Positions 1 through 10,833 of a stretch of 64,000 bases of DNA are shown here, piece after piece. The first letter of the stretch is position 1. Each line of letters starts with the position of its first letter. The notes beneath the pieces are model-generated. The model was given only the letters and a program-made list of their open reading frames with translations, did no database searches and had not been told where the DNA came from. Both the position numbers and the translations under genes were made by a program. The DNA comes from Rickettsiales bacterium. Lineage in GTDB: Bacteria > Pseudomonadota > Alphaproteobacteria > Rickettsiales > UBA3002. The stretch covers positions 1,198-65,197 of the forward strand of contig JALEGK010000022.1 in NCBI GenBank assembly GCA_022763105.1. The letters are read 5' to 3'.

Positions 1-1043
1 ATGGTTTGCAGATAGAAATCGGCTGGCAAATCGCAGACAGACAGATATTCATTATAGAATTTGCGGTGTGCGGCTGCGCTTTCGCCATCACCCTCGATTA
101 AATGTTTGAAGAGGTTGATATGCGATTCGATATGGCGGTCCATATTCATCGACATAAAGCCGGTGAGCTGCAAGAAGCCGGGATAAACACGGCGCATGAA
201 GCCGGGATAATTGATTGGCACACGGGTAATTACGTGGCTTTCAAACCAGTTCAGCGAGCGCTCTTTGGCCAAGCGGTTCACTTCTGTTGGTGCTTTGCGC
301 GTATCGACCGGTCCGCCCATTAGCGTCATGGTTTTTGGTGCGCATTTATCTTTTTTCTCATTCAGGACGGCCACGGCCGCATATAGTGGTACGGAAGGCT
401 GACAAACCGCCATGGTATGCAGATTTGGCCCTAAATGGTGAATGAACTCGATGAGGTAATCGATATAATCATTCAGATCGAATTTTCCGGCGCCGACCGC
501 GACTTCGCGCGCATCTAGCCAATCGGTGATATAGACATCATGGTGTGGAATGAGTGCCTGAACCGTGCCACGAAGCAAGGTGGCGTGGTGACCAGACATC
601 GGTGCGACCACCAGTAATTTGCTGCCATCGCCGTTATACTCTTTGCCATTATGGGTACGCTTGAAGTGCAGCAAGTTACAGAATGGCTTGGCAATCAGCG
701 TTTCCACTTCAACATCGATGCGTTTGCCTTCGGCTTCTACTTTCTTGATGCCGAATTCAGGCTTTGGGTATTTCTTGGTAATGCGCTCTACCAGCTCGCT
801 GGCTGCGGCCACATGGCGGCCATAATCGGTATAAGATAGCGGGCTTAGCGGATTACTGAAAATATGTTTGGTTGCGTTAGCCATCATGCGTAGCGGGGTC
901 ATGCCCGCGGTTTGCATCTCGTGTAGGCTATATAGGTGACTGTTTTCTAAATATGGGATCATCTCATCTTCGCTTCGATACATTTCGTTATGAACGAATG
1001 TCTCTGTTAGGTTGATCGGTGTTTCTTGTTCATTGGATAGCAT
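1..1043 (-). CDS. phaZ: Intracellular poly(3-hydroxybutyrate) depolymerase PhaZ; 3' end (C-terminus) runs off the window
   Basis: Absent from the ORF track because it is truncated. Manual minus-strand translation from the ATG at 1043 stays open to position 1: MLSNEQET..LYSLHEMQTAGMTPLRMMA..VVAPMSGHHATLLRGTV..DVYITDWLDAR..MTLMGGPVDTR..YPGFLQLTGFMSMN..FYNEYLSVCDLPADFYLQT. This is colinear with rhizobial-type intracellular PhaZ (TIGR01849-like). Confidence 0.85.
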   Translation of the reverse strand, partial: MLSNEQETPINLTETFVHNEMYRSEDEMIPYLENSHLYSLHEMQTAGMTPLRMMANATKHIFSNPLSPLSYTDYGRHVAAASELVERITKKYPKPEFGIKKVEAEGKRIDVEVETLIAKPFCNLLHFKRTHNGKEYNGDGSKLLVVAPMSGHHATLLRGTVQALIPHHDVYITDWLDAREVAVGAGKFDLNDYIDYLIEFIHHLGPNLHTMAVCQPSVPLYAAVAVLNEKKDKCAPKTMTLMGGPVDTRKAPTEVNRLAKERSLNWFESHVITRVPINYPGFMRRVYPGFLQLTGFMSMNMDRHIESHINLFKHLIEGDGESAAAHRKFYNEYLSVCDLPADFYLQT

Positions 1044-1075
1044 TACACACCCCCACTATCTTACTGGAAAATGAT

Positions 1076-1090
1076 TTAAGAAAGCTTTAA
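1076..1090. promoter_or_regulatory. Perfect TTAA-N7-TTAA (CtrA-type box) about 33 nt upstream of the phaZ start
   Basis: Read directly: TTAA(1076-1079) gaaagct TTAA(1087-1090), in the AT-rich spacer between phaZ and the TRAP permease gene. Confidence 0.3.
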
Positions 1091-1154
1091 TGCGCAACCC
1101 CAGCATTTATTAACTAAATTAATAGATACCACAATATCTAGTGATTGGCAGCTT

Positions 1155-3068
1155 CTAGCTGGTGGCTGTGGAAATGCTGCGAGTAAGGGTGAGCTTATTC
1201 CAGAAGGCGGTGATGAGGAAGATGATGATGCCCAAAATCGACGTCTCGATTGAATTATAAACCAATAATGGCACGGCCACGAAGAATAATACGCGCTGTA
1301 ACTTGGTGGTGTAGGTGCTGGCGAATCCTTCAATTGCATAGGCCAGGCTGAAGACAATCGAGAAGCTAACCGCTACGGCCAGACCAAATTCTGTCCAGGT
1401 GACGTCGTCGACGAATAGCAGATCAGAATAAAGCATCATGACGGGTATCAGGAAGAACCCGTTGGATAATTTGAGTGATTCAATCGCAGAGCGCTGTGGT
1501 TTGGCGTTGGCAACTCCCGCTGCTGCAAAGGCGGCAAGCGCCACAGGTGGCGTAATGTTTGAGGTTTGTGATAGCCAGAAAATTGCCATATGCGCGGTGA
1601 GCAGATACACGCCCATCGTCTCAAGCGCTGGTGCGGCCATCACGGCCAAAATGATGTAGGCTGCGGTCACAGGCAAGCCCATACCCAAAATAAGGGCTGC
1701 GAAGGCGACCAAAATAAGGGCAAGCCATAAACTGCCGCCAGATAGTGACAATACAAATTCGGTGAATTGCAGGCCCAAGCCGGTTTGGCCGATCACCCCC
1801 ACAACAATGCCTGCCGTTGCACATGCCGCCGAGATGGGTAGCATCATCATGGCACCGCCACGAAGGCCGGCATATAGCGCGTTAAAGCCGATACGGGTAT
1901 GTTTGCGCATCATACATGCGACGAGTACGGCCGCAGTACCAACCGCGCCGACAAGCGTTGGTGAGTAATTCATCATTAGCAGGCCGGTGATGAGACCGAG
2001 CGGCAAGATGAAATGGAAGCCGTAAATAAGGATATCTCTGATTTTTGGACGGTCCTCTACGCCTTTAAGGCCAAGCTTACAGGCCATTAAGTGGACATAA
2101 AGCAAAACGGATGTGAAATAGAGCAAAGCAGGCACGATAGAGATAAGGACGATATCGCGGTAAGCTGTATTGGTGAATTCAGCCATAATAAACGCACCCG
2201 CGCCCATGATGGGCGGCATGATCTGGCCGCCGGTAGAGGCAGAAGCCTCGATGCCTGCGGCTTGCTCGGGTTTGTAGCCGAGTTTTTTCATCATTGGGAT
2301 AGTGAGCGCGCCAACTGCGACGGCATTGGCAATTGCCGAGCCGGAAATAGAGCCCATACCCGCAGATGCCACAACACACGCTTTTGCAGGTCCACCGCGA
2401 TATTTACCCGCAGCAGCGTAGGATAAATCGATGAAGAATTTACCCGCGCCCGTTGATTCTAAGAATGCGCCAAACAGCACGAACATAAAGACGGCAGTGG
2501 CGGCAATGCCCAATGGTGCGCCATAGACGCCTTCTGATGTGAAGATCTGAAAGCGCACGAGGCGCTCGAGTGAGAAACCGCGATTGGCGATCTCATCGGG
2601 CAGTAAATTGCCGAATAGCGCATAAAGCACAAAGATAGAACCGATCAGCGCCATCTCCCAGCCGACCGCACGGCGCGTGCCCTCTAGTACCAAAAACAGC
2701 ACGCCGACGCCCGCGATATAATCAAATTCATTCAGGCCATTCAGCAGATGATCGATGCCGGTGTAGTCAAAATTCACGACGGATAGGCCGCCGTATATAG
2801 CAAGTCCGCAGCAGGCGAGATCAACCAATCGACCGGGGAAATAAAGCGGCGATTCGGTGATTTTGATGAGCGGGTATTTCATGTAAATCAGCACCAGAAT
2901 CCAACTTAAGTGGATGGGACGAAAGAAGGTGGAGCCAAGCTCAGTGGTTACTGATTGATAGAGGTGGAAGCACGATAAGAAGGCTGCAATCGCGAACATT
3001 GCAGGGAATACGACTTTATCGAGTGCATTGCTCGGTGCAGTTTGGGTGATGGTTACATCTTCACTCAT
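1155..3068 (-). CDS. TRAP transporter fused permease (DctQ/DctM-type 4TM/12TM fusion, TAXI-associated)
   Basis: Very hydrophobic polytopic ORF of about 640 aa immediately downstream of a TAXI receptor gene. The ATG at 3068 (MSEDVT) overlaps the receptor stop by 8 nt; the ORF stays open to 3089. Confidence 0.85.
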   Translation of the reverse strand: MSEDVTITQTAPSNALDKVVFPAMFAIAAFLSCFHLYQSVTTELGSTFFRPIHLSWILVLIYMKYPLIKITESPLYFPGRLVDLACCGLAIYGGLSVVNFDYTGIDHLLNGLNEFDYIAGVGVLFLVLEGTRRAVGWEMALIGSIFVLYALFGNLLPDEIANRGFSLERLVRFQIFTSEGVYGAPLGIAATAVFMFVLFGAFLESTGAGKFFIDLSYAAAGKYRGGPAKACVVASAGMGSISGSAIANAVAVGALTIPMMKKLGYKPEQAAGIEASASTGGQIMPPIMGAGAFIMAEFTNTAYRDIVLISIVPALLYFTSVLLYVHLMACKLGLKGVEDRPKIRDILIYGFHFILPLGLITGLLMMNYSPTLVGAVGTAAVLVACMMRKHTRIGFNALYAGLRGGAMMMLPISAACATAGIVVGVIGQTGLGLQFTEFVLSLSGGSLWLALILVAFAALILGMGLPVTAAYIILAVMAAPALETMGVYLLTAHMAIFWLSQTSNITPPVALAAFAAAGVANAKPQRSAIESLKLSNGFFLIPVMMLYSDLLFVDDVTWTEFGLAVAVSFSIVFSLAYAIEGFASTYTTKLQRVLFFVAVPLLVYNSIETSILGIIIFLITAFWNKLTLTRSISTATS

Positions 3069-4005
3069 GCGTATCTCCATTGGCGCCATTTAGATATTCG
3101 AGCGCAGCAGGGTGAAGGATGGGTTTGGCATATTTCAGCGCATTCTCAATGGTGGTGAAGCGCGCGACTTTCGTCACCCCCTCCATTTCTTTCATGTGTT
3201 GGAAGGCAGTTTTTGTCAGTTTCGCAGCCAGCTCATCTTTCATGTCTTTATTGACGATGAGAAAGTTCCAAAGCGTGGCAGTCTGAAGCGGTTCTTCAAT
3301 ACCGTTATAGGTGTTGGCTGGAATATCGATGGCAGTGTAGGCAGGGAATGCATCTGAGATGTCAGCCATTTCCGCATCGGTGAATGGAATTAAGCGGATA
3401 TCGCGCGTCAGTGCCAGCTCTACCAGTGCGGCTAAGCCCATGCCGCCCACCATAAAGCCTGCATCGATGGTGCCGTTTTTTAAGCCTTCTGAGGTTTCGG
3501 TGTAGCTGAGATATTGCACATCAAAATCATCGAGTGTGATGCCAACCGTATTCAAAATATTCATGGTGGTAATGGCCGTGCCAGAACCCGGTGCGCCGAT
3601 AGAGACGCGTTTGCCACGCAGATCTTGCAGCGTTTTAATCTCGGAATCTGCGGATGTGATCGCATGCACAATGTTTGGATAGAGCGCGAATAGGGCGCGC
3701 ACTGGCATTTTTTCTGGGTATGGCTTGTTGCCTTTAATGGCCGCGAAGAGGGCGTCACCTTGCGAAATGCCTAGCTCGCTCTCGCCTTTAGCGACCTGAA
3801 TGATATTGACGACGGAGCCGCCCGTGACTTCTGCTTTAATATTCACATCTTTATGGATGCGCGACCAGATAGAAGCCAGCCCGCCACCAAACGGATAATA
3901 CAGTCCGCTCGGGCTACCGGTTGCAATCGACATGGTGTCTGCGGCTAACACAGGCGTGTTGAGCACAAAGACAAAGGCGCAAAAATAGGTAAGAAGCACT
4001 CTCAT
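3061..4005 (-). CDS. TAXI-family TRAP transporter solute-binding receptor
   Basis: Signal peptide MRVLLTYFCAFVFVLNTPVLA. The motif GSPSGLYYPFGGGLASIW and the size match TAXI receptors (TIGR02122-like). The ORF stays open to 4041, but the ATG at 4005 gives a normal signal peptide. Confidence 0.85.
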   Translation of the reverse strand: MRVLLTYFCAFVFVLNTPVLAADTMSIATGSPSGLYYPFGGGLASIWSRIHKDVNIKAEVTGGSVVNIIQVAKGESELGISQGDALFAAIKGNKPYPEKMPVRALFALYPNIVHAITSADSEIKTLQDLRGKRVSIGAPGSGTAITTMNILNTVGITLDDFDVQYLSYTETSEGLKNGTIDAGFMVGGMGLAALVELALTRDIRLIPFTDAEMADISDAFPAYTAIDIPANTYNGIEEPLQTATLWNFLIVNKDMKDELAAKLTKTAFQHMKEMEGVTKVARFTTIENALKYAKPILHPAALEYLNGANGDTHE

Positions 4006-4059
4006 AGAGCCATACCTAGCGTAAAGCATGGCTGCTGCCAATGCTTAGTTTGCAAAAGC

Positions 4060-6102
4060 TTAGGCTCGCTTTGATTTTTTGCGTTTGGCGCTGCCTGCTG
4101 GTGCTTCGCCGTCCAGTCTGGCTTGGAGTTTTTCGATCTTATCGCGCAGTTTGGCGGCTTGCTCGAATTCTAGGTTAGAGGCGGCGACCAGCATTTCCTG
4201 GCGCATAAGCTGGATATGATCTTCGAGATTGGTGCCGGTGAAATCATCAGATTCAAGGCCAGTATGGACGCGGACATTGTCGCTACTATCTTGTTGGCGA
4301 AGCGCATCGCTGACCGCTTTCTTCACCGATTCTGGCGTGATGCCATGCTTTTTGTTGTAGGCGACCTGAATTTCGCGGCGGCGATCGGTCTCTTCGAGCG
4401 CGGCTTTGAGTGAATCGGTCATTTTATCGGCATAAAGTACGACTTTGCCCTCAACATTACGCGCAGCACGGCCGATTGTTTGGATAAGTGAGGTTTTAGA
4501 GCGCAAAAACCCTTCCTTATCGGCATCTAGTACAGCAACAAGGCCACATTCGGGGATATCGAGGCCTTCTCGCAGCAAATTCACACCAATTAGCACGTCA
4601 AATACGCCTAATCTTAGGTCTCTGATGATTTCTACCCGCTCTAACGTGTCGATATCGGAGTGCAAATAACGCACTTTGACGCCAACCTCGTCGAGATATT
4701 CGCAGAGTTGCTCGGCCATTTTCTTCGTCAATGTCGTCACCAGACTGCGATGACCGAGTTTGACCTGTTCTTTACATTCATGAATCAGATCATCGACCTG
4801 ATCGGCGACGGGGCGGATATGGCAGGGCGGATCGGTCAGGCCGGTTGGGCGGATGACCTGCTCAACATATGCACCCTCAGTCCAATCCAGCTCTACTTGG
4901 CCCGGAGTGGCCGAGACATGAATGGTCTGTGGTCGCATACTGTCCCACTCTTCGAATTTGAGTGGACGATTATCCATGCAGGAAGGTAGGCGGAAGCCGT
5001 GCTCAGCCAGCACGAGCTTGCGCGCGCGGTCACCATTATACATGCCGCGCACTTGCGGTAGCATGACATGGCTCTCATCGACGAACAAAATCGCATCATC
5101 GGGCAAATACTGAAACAGTGTTGGCGGCGGCTCGCCGGGTGCGGTGCCTGCCAAAAAGCGCGAATAATTCTCGATGCCTTTGCAGGCTCCCGTTTCTTGC
5201 AGCATCTCTAAATCAAAGGTGGTGCGCTGCTCTAGGCGTTGGGCTTCGAGTAGCTTGTTATTTTTGTGATACCAATCAAGGCGCTCTTTCAGCTCAGCCT
5301 TAATGCCTTTAATTGCCTGATCGAGCGTGGGGCGCGGGGTGACATAGTGGCTATTCGCGTAAAGGGTGACTTCATTAAGCGTGGCGGTGCGCTCGCCGGT
5401 GAGTGGGTCGAACTCGGTAATGCTCTCAATCTCATCACCAAACATGGATAAGCGCCATGCGCGGTCTTCCAAGTGGGCTGGGAAGATATCGAGGCTATCG
5501 CCGCGCACACGGAAGGTGCCGCGCACGAAATTCATATCATTGCGTTTATACAACAGCTCTACCAGACGCGCGATGATCTCTTGTTGCGGATGATCGGTTC
5601 CGGAGGTGAGTTTGGTGGTCATCTCGGTATAGGTTTCAACCGAGCCGATACCATAGATGCACGAGACAGATGCAACGACGATGACATCGCGCCGCTCAAG
5701 CAGTGAGCGTGTGGCGGAGTGACGAAGCCGATCGATCTGCTCGTTGATGGATGAGTCCTTCTCAATGAATGTATCGGTTTTAGGGACATAGGCCTCTGGC
5801 TGATAATAGTCGTAGTATGAAACGAAATACTCCACGGCATTATTGGGGAAGAAGCCCTTCATCTCGTGATAAAGCTGGGCGGCGAGTGTTTTATTGTGGG
5901 CGAGCACCAAGGCAGGGCGCTGCAAATTCTGGATGATATTAGCCATGGTGAAGGTTTTACCCGAACCCGTGACACCGAGCAGGACCTGATTACGCTCATC
6001 GGCTTGCAGCCCGTCGCACAAAGCAGCGATGGCTTGCGGCTGATCGCCACGCGGTTCGTATTCTGACTGTAGGTCGAATTGGGTCATGACATCCTTTTGC
6101 AA
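4060..6102 (-). CDS. uvrB: Excinuclease ABC subunit B
   Basis: [11 protein letters not shown], Walker [30 protein letters not shown], and C-terminal UVR motif [15 protein letters not shown]. Full-length colinearity with UvrB. Confidence 0.97.
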   Translation of the reverse strand: MQKDVMTQFDLQSEYEPRGDQPQAIAALCDGLQADERNQVLLGVTGSGKTFTMANIIQNLQRPALVLAHNKTLAAQLYHEMKGFFPNNAVEYFVSYYDYYQPEAYVPKTDTFIEKDSSINEQIDRLRHSATRSLLERRDVIVVASVSCIYGIGSVETYTEMTTKLTSGTDHPQQEIIARLVELLYKRNDMNFVRGTFRVRGDSLDIFPAHLEDRAWRLSMFGDEIESITEFDPLTGERTATLNEVTLYANSHYVTPRPTLDQAIKGIKAELKERLDWYHKNNKLLEAQRLEQRTTFDLEMLQETGACKGIENYSRFLAGTAPGEPPPTLFQYLPDDAILFVDESHVMLPQVRGMYNGDRARKLVLAEHGFRLPSCMDNRPLKFEEWDSMRPQTIHVSATPGQVELDWTEGAYVEQVIRPTGLTDPPCHIRPVADQVDDLIHECKEQVKLGHRSLVTTLTKKMAEQLCEYLDEVGVKVRYLHSDIDTLERVEIIRDLRLGVFDVLIGVNLLREGLDIPECGLVAVLDADKEGFLRSKTSLIQTIGRAARNVEGKVVLYADKMTDSLKAALEETDRRREIQVAYNKKHGITPESVKKAVSDALRQQDSSDNVRVHTGLESDDFTGTNLEDHIQLMRQEMLVAASNLEFEQAAKLRDKIEKLQARLDGEAPAGSAKRKKSKRA

Positions 6103-6141
6103 GGATATGGGGAGAAAATCAATGGATTCAAGCCGTGCTGT

Positions 6142-7101
6142 TTAGCGCGCTGCGCCAAAGAAGCTGCCTCGTGCCATGACCCGGACGATGGTTGGGCCCA
6201 AAATAATCATGATGAAAGACGGCATCAGCAGGAAGATCAGTGGAATGGTGATCAGCGCTGGCAGGCGGTTTGCTTTGTTTTCTGCCATCAGCAGGCGGGT
6301 TTGGCGATAATCATCCGATAGGACGCGCAGCGTGTCGCTAAGGCTGGTACCAAATTTCTCGGTTTGAACGAGAGCGGCAGCGAGTGAGCGGAAAGGTACC
6401 AAATCGGTGCGATCGCCCAGATTCATCAGCGCTTTACTCCGGTCATTCAGAAGCGCCAGTTCTAGACGGGTACGGTTAAGTTCTCCTGTTAGCTCTGGGT
6501 GTGCTCGGCCAAGCTCGGCGCATACGCGGCTCATAGAGGCGTCGAGCGCTAAACCCGATTCTACGCAGACCAGCAACAGATCGAGCGCATCTGGGAAAGA
6601 ACGTGTGAGCGTTTTTTTGCGGTTTTGGATTTTATTTTCCAGGAACAAATAAGGACCAAATACACCGACAACGACTAAGAATAGACCGATGAAAATGTCA
6701 GCGTAAAACATGGCGCCGTCTTTGCCGCTATTGAAAAAGGGAATACTGACAAGCAAGAAAAAGACGGATGCGATGCGCTGCATAAACAGATAGATAAATG
6801 GCGCATCTGGAGAGTTAATGCCGGCATGGGCAAAGCGCTTGGTTAAGAATTCTCCGGTCGCTTCAGTGTCGACGCCCACCATTTTGAGCATGCTTTCCAT
6901 GACTTCGGCGGTTGGTGATTTTTCGATATCAAGCGTACTGAGGCTTTCATCGCCGCCAGCCATTTCCAGATTACCAGCACCCGGGCCGATACGGCCTTTC
7001 AAGCTTTCGGACTGTTTCTTTTTGCGGATGAAGCCGTCAACCGCCATATATACGGTGAAGACGATCACAAACGTCAGTGCGGCTAGGATTTCTGCGCTCA
7101 T
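6142..7101 (-). CDS. tadC: Tad/Flp pilus inner-membrane platform protein TadC (T2SS-F family)
   Basis: 319 aa with an N-terminal TM, a cytoplasmic helical domain and C-terminal TMs. It is a paralog of the preceding tadB-like ORF and the last gene of the cpa/tad operon. Confidence 0.85.
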   Translation of the reverse strand: MSAEILAALTFVIVFTVYMAVDGFIRKKKQSESLKGRIGPGAGNLEMAGGDESLSTLDIEKSPTAEVMESMLKMVGVDTEATGEFLTKRFAHAGINSPDAPFIYLFMQRIASVFFLLVSIPFFNSGKDGAMFYADIFIGLFLVVVGVFGPYLFLENKIQNRKKTLTRSFPDALDLLLVCVESGLALDASMSRVCAELGRAHPELTGELNRTRLELALLNDRSKALMNLGDRTDLVPFRSLAAALVQTEKFGTSLSDTLRVLSDDYRQTRLLMAENKANRLPALITIPLIFLLMPSFIMIILGPTIVRVMARGSFFGAAR

Positions 7102-7109
7102 TTAATCAC

Positions 7110-8084
7110 CTAAATATCAATATCAATCATTTGATTCACAATAAACATACATAATGCCACCAGTCCTAAAGCGGAGCCTAACAGCACCTGACCTGCGGAT
7201 TCTTCCCATAAAGGCGCGAGGTAGTCGCGGCGCAGGAAGTAGAGCGCAAAGAAGATGACGAATGGCAGAGAACCAAGAATGACCGCGGTGGTGCGGCCTT
7301 CTGAGGTCATGGCGCGGATACGCATGCGCAGCTGTTTACGTTTACGGATGACGTTTGAGAGGTTGCTGATGACTTCAGACAAGTTACCACCGGTTTCTTG
7401 CTGCACGGTGAGTACCACCACGAAGAAGTTGATGTCTGGTTCGGCAATGCGTTCTTCGAGACGTTTAAGCGTGTCATTGATGGTGCGGCCAATCGCAATC
7501 TCATTGACAACCTGCTGAAATTCTTCGCGTACCGGAGAGTCCATATTCTCGGCGACCATTTTAAAAGCGGTCGTAATAGGGAAACCAGAGCGCACACTAC
7601 GCACGATCATGTCGAGCACGTCTGGGAATTGTTCAATGAATTTGTGGTTACGCTTACGAATGCGACGTTTGAAATGCGTGATTGGTAGAAAATACGTGGC
7701 AAGCGGACCAAAAAACAGAGCAGCAGGACCAAGGCCGCTAATTAAGAAGAAAGACGTGCTGACAAACAGCATCGCGACAAAAATAACCGCGAAAGGGGCG
7801 GCTTTTTTCTGGTACCCGGCTTGCACCATTTTGACGTAAAAATTACGCATGAATGGCAGGTCGTAGAATTTCTGGACAAGGAAGGTTTCTTCCGCAAATT
7901 CATCACGAAGGACGTTGTTGTCGTTGCCGCCGTCATTGTCAGCGGTCTGGGTATTTTCGTAGAGTTGCTTAAGGGCGTTACGCGTTTTTGCGCCAGATTC
8001 TTCGGGAATCGCTTTAGGGAATAAGAAAACGAATCCTAGATAGCCTAGAATAATTAAGCCGATGGAAAGAAGTAACCACTCCAT
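7110..8084 (-). CDS. tadB: Tad/Flp pilus inner-membrane platform protein TadB (T2SS-F family)
   Basis: 324 aa with GspF-like topology; lies between cpaF and tadC. Confidence 0.85.
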   Translation of the reverse strand: MEWLLLSIGLIILGYLGFVFLFPKAIPEESGAKTRNALKQLYENTQTADNDGGNDNNVLRDEFAEETFLVQKFYDLPFMRNFYVKMVQAGYQKKAAPFAVIFVAMLFVSTSFFLISGLGPAALFFGPLATYFLPITHFKRRIRKRNHKFIEQFPDVLDMIVRSVRSGFPITTAFKMVAENMDSPVREEFQQVVNEIAIGRTINDTLKRLEERIAEPDINFFVVVLTVQQETGGNLSEVISNLSNVIRKRKQLRMRIRAMTSEGRTTAVILGSLPFVIFFALYFLRRDYLAPLWEESAGQVLLGSALGLVALCMFIVNQMIDIDI

Positions 8085-8109
8085 GAATCAAACGTCCTCT
8101 GACTCGAAG

Positions 8110-9600
8110 CTACACACCGATTGTGAAACATTCAAGCACAGCCTTCGTCAGGCCAAAATATTCCGCGCGAGTTAGCATTTTTGGACGAATACCGTGACAA
8201 ATAAACTCACCTTGTAGCCTTCCCTTGGCATCCAATCCGCTCGCTTTGTAGCTGAATAAGGTTTGGGTAGAAATGACATCTCCTTCGACGCCGCATACTT
8301 CCTCCACCTGAGTCACCTTACGTGTACCGTCACGCATACGTTCAATCTGAACAATGATTTGAAGCGCGCTGGCGATTTGCTGTCTTAGAGAGCCAGATGA
8401 TAGTTTGACCTCGGACATGCCGACCAAATTTTCGATACGAGACAGACAGTCACGTGGGCTGTTGGAGTGAATGGTAGCCATCGAACCATCGTGACCAGTG
8501 TTCATTGCGGTCAGTACGTCGATGACTTCATCACCACGAATCTCACCAAGGATAATGCGGTCTGGTCTCATACGCAGGGCGTTTTTAACGAGCAATCGCT
8601 GCGTGACTTCGCCGCGGCCTTCCATTGATGGTGGACGGGTTTCTAGTCTGAGAACGTGTGGCTGCTGAAGTTGTAATTCCGCAGCATCCTCAATCGTGAC
8701 GATACGCTCGCCGTGGCTAATGCCACCAGAGAGCGCGTTCAGCAGGGTGGTTTTACCACTACCCGTACCACCCGATACGATGATATTCAGGCCGATATGG
8801 GTACATAACTGCAGGAATTTGTACATCTCTTCAGACATGGAGCCGAGCTGCACATAGGCGCTGAGCGGCATTTTGTTCTTTTTGAACTTACGAATGGATA
8901 CCAAGCAGCCATCAAGTGCAAGTGGCGGGATAATCGCGTTAAAACGCGAGCCATCTGGCATGCGGGCATCGACCATTGGCGATGCTTCATCGATGCGGCG
9001 GCCAACGCGCGAGACAATTCGCTGTACGATGGTGAGCAGGTGCTGTTCATCGAGGAACTTCACATCGGTGAGAAAGATTTTACCCTGTTTCTCGATATAG
9101 ACCTGAGAGTGGGTGTTCACCATGATATCGGCGATTTCGTTATCAGCGAGTAGTGGTTCTAGCGGGCCGAAGCCGAAAATTTCATCTAGCGCTTGCGATT
9201 TCAGCGCTGAGATTTGGCTGCCATTCAGTGGCGATGGGATTTCAGATAAGATCTTATCGCAAACACTTAAGACTTTCTTCTTTTGCAACTCTTCATCGAG
9301 TTGGTCTAGTGCGACAAAGTCGACCTGCTTGATAAGCTGGTTCATCAGCTCGTGCTTGGCGTTGTTAAAATCTGGCGTTTCGAGATTTACGTCAACATAG
9401 CTGCTGGTCTCAATCGCCTCACGCTTCATGCCTTCGATGGCTTCGTTGAGGGCGGCGGCATCGACTAAGTCTTTTGACTCGCGCTCTTCTAGCGCGGTGC
9501 TATCGACGGCGACGGGTAAATGTTGTTCAGGCTGTTCTGGTTGTTCTTGAGGTTGCTGCTGTTGTTGTGACGGTTTTTGGTTAGGTTTGCTACCAAACAT
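8110..9600 (-). CDS. cpaF: Tad pilus secretion ATPase CpaF/TadA
   Basis: Walker [40 protein letters not shown] and [14 protein letters not shown] are typical CpaF/VirB11-type motifs. The N-terminus is a low-complexity Q/P/E tract. Confidence 0.93.
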   Translation of the reverse strand: MFGSKPNQKPSQQQQQPQEQPEQPEQHLPVAVDSTALEERESKDLVDAAALNEAIEGMKREAIETSSYVDVNLETPDFNNAKHELMNQLIKQVDFVALDQLDEELQKKKVLSVCDKILSEIPSPLNGSQISALKSQALDEIFGFGPLEPLLADNEIADIMVNTHSQVYIEKQGKIFLTDVKFLDEQHLLTIVQRIVSRVGRRIDEASPMVDARMPDGSRFNAIIPPLALDGCLVSIRKFKKNKMPLSAYVQLGSMSEEMYKFLQLCTHIGLNIIVSGGTGSGKTTLLNALSGGISHGERIVTIEDAAELQLQQPHVLRLETRPPSMEGRGEVTQRLLVKNALRMRPDRIILGEIRGDEVIDVLTAMNTGHDGSMATIHSNSPRDCLSRIENLVGMSEVKLSSGSLRQQIASALQIIVQIERMRDGTRKVTQVEEVCGVEGDVISTQTLFSYKASGLDAKGRLQGEFICHGIRPKMLTRAEYFGLTKAVLECFTIGV

Positions 9601-9650
9601 AATGACTTCCCTGTTGAATTGGCCGGACGGTAAAACGACAATTTATCGAG

Positions 9651-10808
9651 TTACAAGTGTGCCTGATTCTCAGTAAAACTGCCACCATTTTCTATCGATT
9701 GAGCCACCTCCATCATGCCTGTAGCGAGCTTAGATTTGCCCACTTCGATGATGGTTTTGCCCATATTTTCTGCGTTTACGACGGTTTTAATGTCGTTTGG
9801 CAGATGGAAAGAAATTTTCTTGTTACAGACGCGTTCAAAATCGCGCGCTGACACCCCTTCTTTGAATTTCGCGCCGCTTCGGTTGATGATCACGTCGACA
9901 TGACCTAAATCGATGCCGATTTCGCGCCATACATTGAGTAGGCGAGAGGCGTGGGTAACAGATTTTAGCCAAAGCTGCGCGACCAGAATAATCGAGTCTG
10001 AATTACTGAAAGCGGCTGAAATCCATGGGGACCAGATATGCGGCAGATCAAGAATGACGTAGCGATATTCTGATTTGAGAGCGAGTAGTAAGTCGCGAAT
10101 CATCTCAGGATTCAGATCGGGTAGATATTTGAGCTCGTTAGGCGCGGCGATCAGGTCTAGATAGTCGTTATACTGAACCGCCATGCGCTTAATCAGCGTG
10201 CTGTCGATACCGCGGTCTGGGTGCTCAAACAGCTCTTTAATACCGTAAGGCGAGCCTAGATCGAGGTTCTTACAGACCATGCCGAATTGGTAATCCATAT
10301 CGACCACGATGGTTTTTGCACGGAACTCTCGCGCCAGACAATAAGCGGCATTCAGGGCTACGGTGCTGGAACCATCGCCAGCGGCAGCACTCATAAAGGC
10401 GATTGCGCTGCTATTCGTATTGGAAGAGCTACTAGATGCGCCAATAAGCGCACGGCTTACCTCTTCCATGTTTGGCGGGTAGGTGAAATATTCAGCAATG
10501 CCGCGCTCGATCAATGCGCGATAATATTTGATGTCGTTTACTTGGCCGATGACCACGACTTGCGTGCCAGAGACGCAATGCTCAGACATTTCTTCTAACT
10601 CTGCGAAGACTTCCTGAGAGCGCTCGCCAGTAAACATAGCGATATATTTCGGGGTGTAGCGGTTCGCATCAATGAAGCGCGCTGCATCATATCCATTACC
10701 TACGACGACATTGGCAAATGAGTAGCCAAGCAGATTGGCTAATTGATTTCCTAGGGGGCGCTCATCTTCTGATGAGATGACGACCAGAACCGGACTTTGT
10801 GTATCCAC
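9651..10808 (-). CDS. cpaE: Tad pilus assembly protein CpaE/TadZ (receiver-like N-domain plus atypical ParA/MinD-like domain)
   Basis: 385 aa, in the cpaD-cpaE-cpaF position, with a MinD/ParA-like fold (IVVDMDYQFG, VILDLPH). The Walker A position reads SAAAGDGSSTVALN and has no lysine. Confidence 0.8.
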   Translation of the reverse strand: MDTQSPVLVVISSEDERPLGNQLANLLGYSFANVVVGNGYDAARFIDANRYTPKYIAMFTGERSQEVFAELEEMSEHCVSGTQVVVIGQVNDIKYYRALIERGIAEYFTYPPNMEEVSRALIGASSSSSNTNSSAIAFMSAAAGDGSSTVALNAAYCLAREFRAKTIVVDMDYQFGMVCKNLDLGSPYGIKELFEHPDRGIDSTLIKRMAVQYNDYLDLIAAPNELKYLPDLNPEMIRDLLLALKSEYRYVILDLPHIWSPWISAAFSNSDSIILVAQLWLKSVTHASRLLNVWREIGIDLGHVDVIINRSGAKFKEGVSARDFERVCNKKISFHLPNDIKTVVNAENMGKTIIEVGKSKLATGMMEVAQSIENGGSFTENQAHL

Positions 10809-10833
10809 GCTACAACCTTATACAGCTATAAAG

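Noticed and set aside
6103-6141. 6-bp hairpin (atcctt/aaggat) after tadC as a terminator
   Set aside because: The stem is short, there is no U-tract, and it overlaps the likely uvrB ribosome-binding region. The support is too weak to call.
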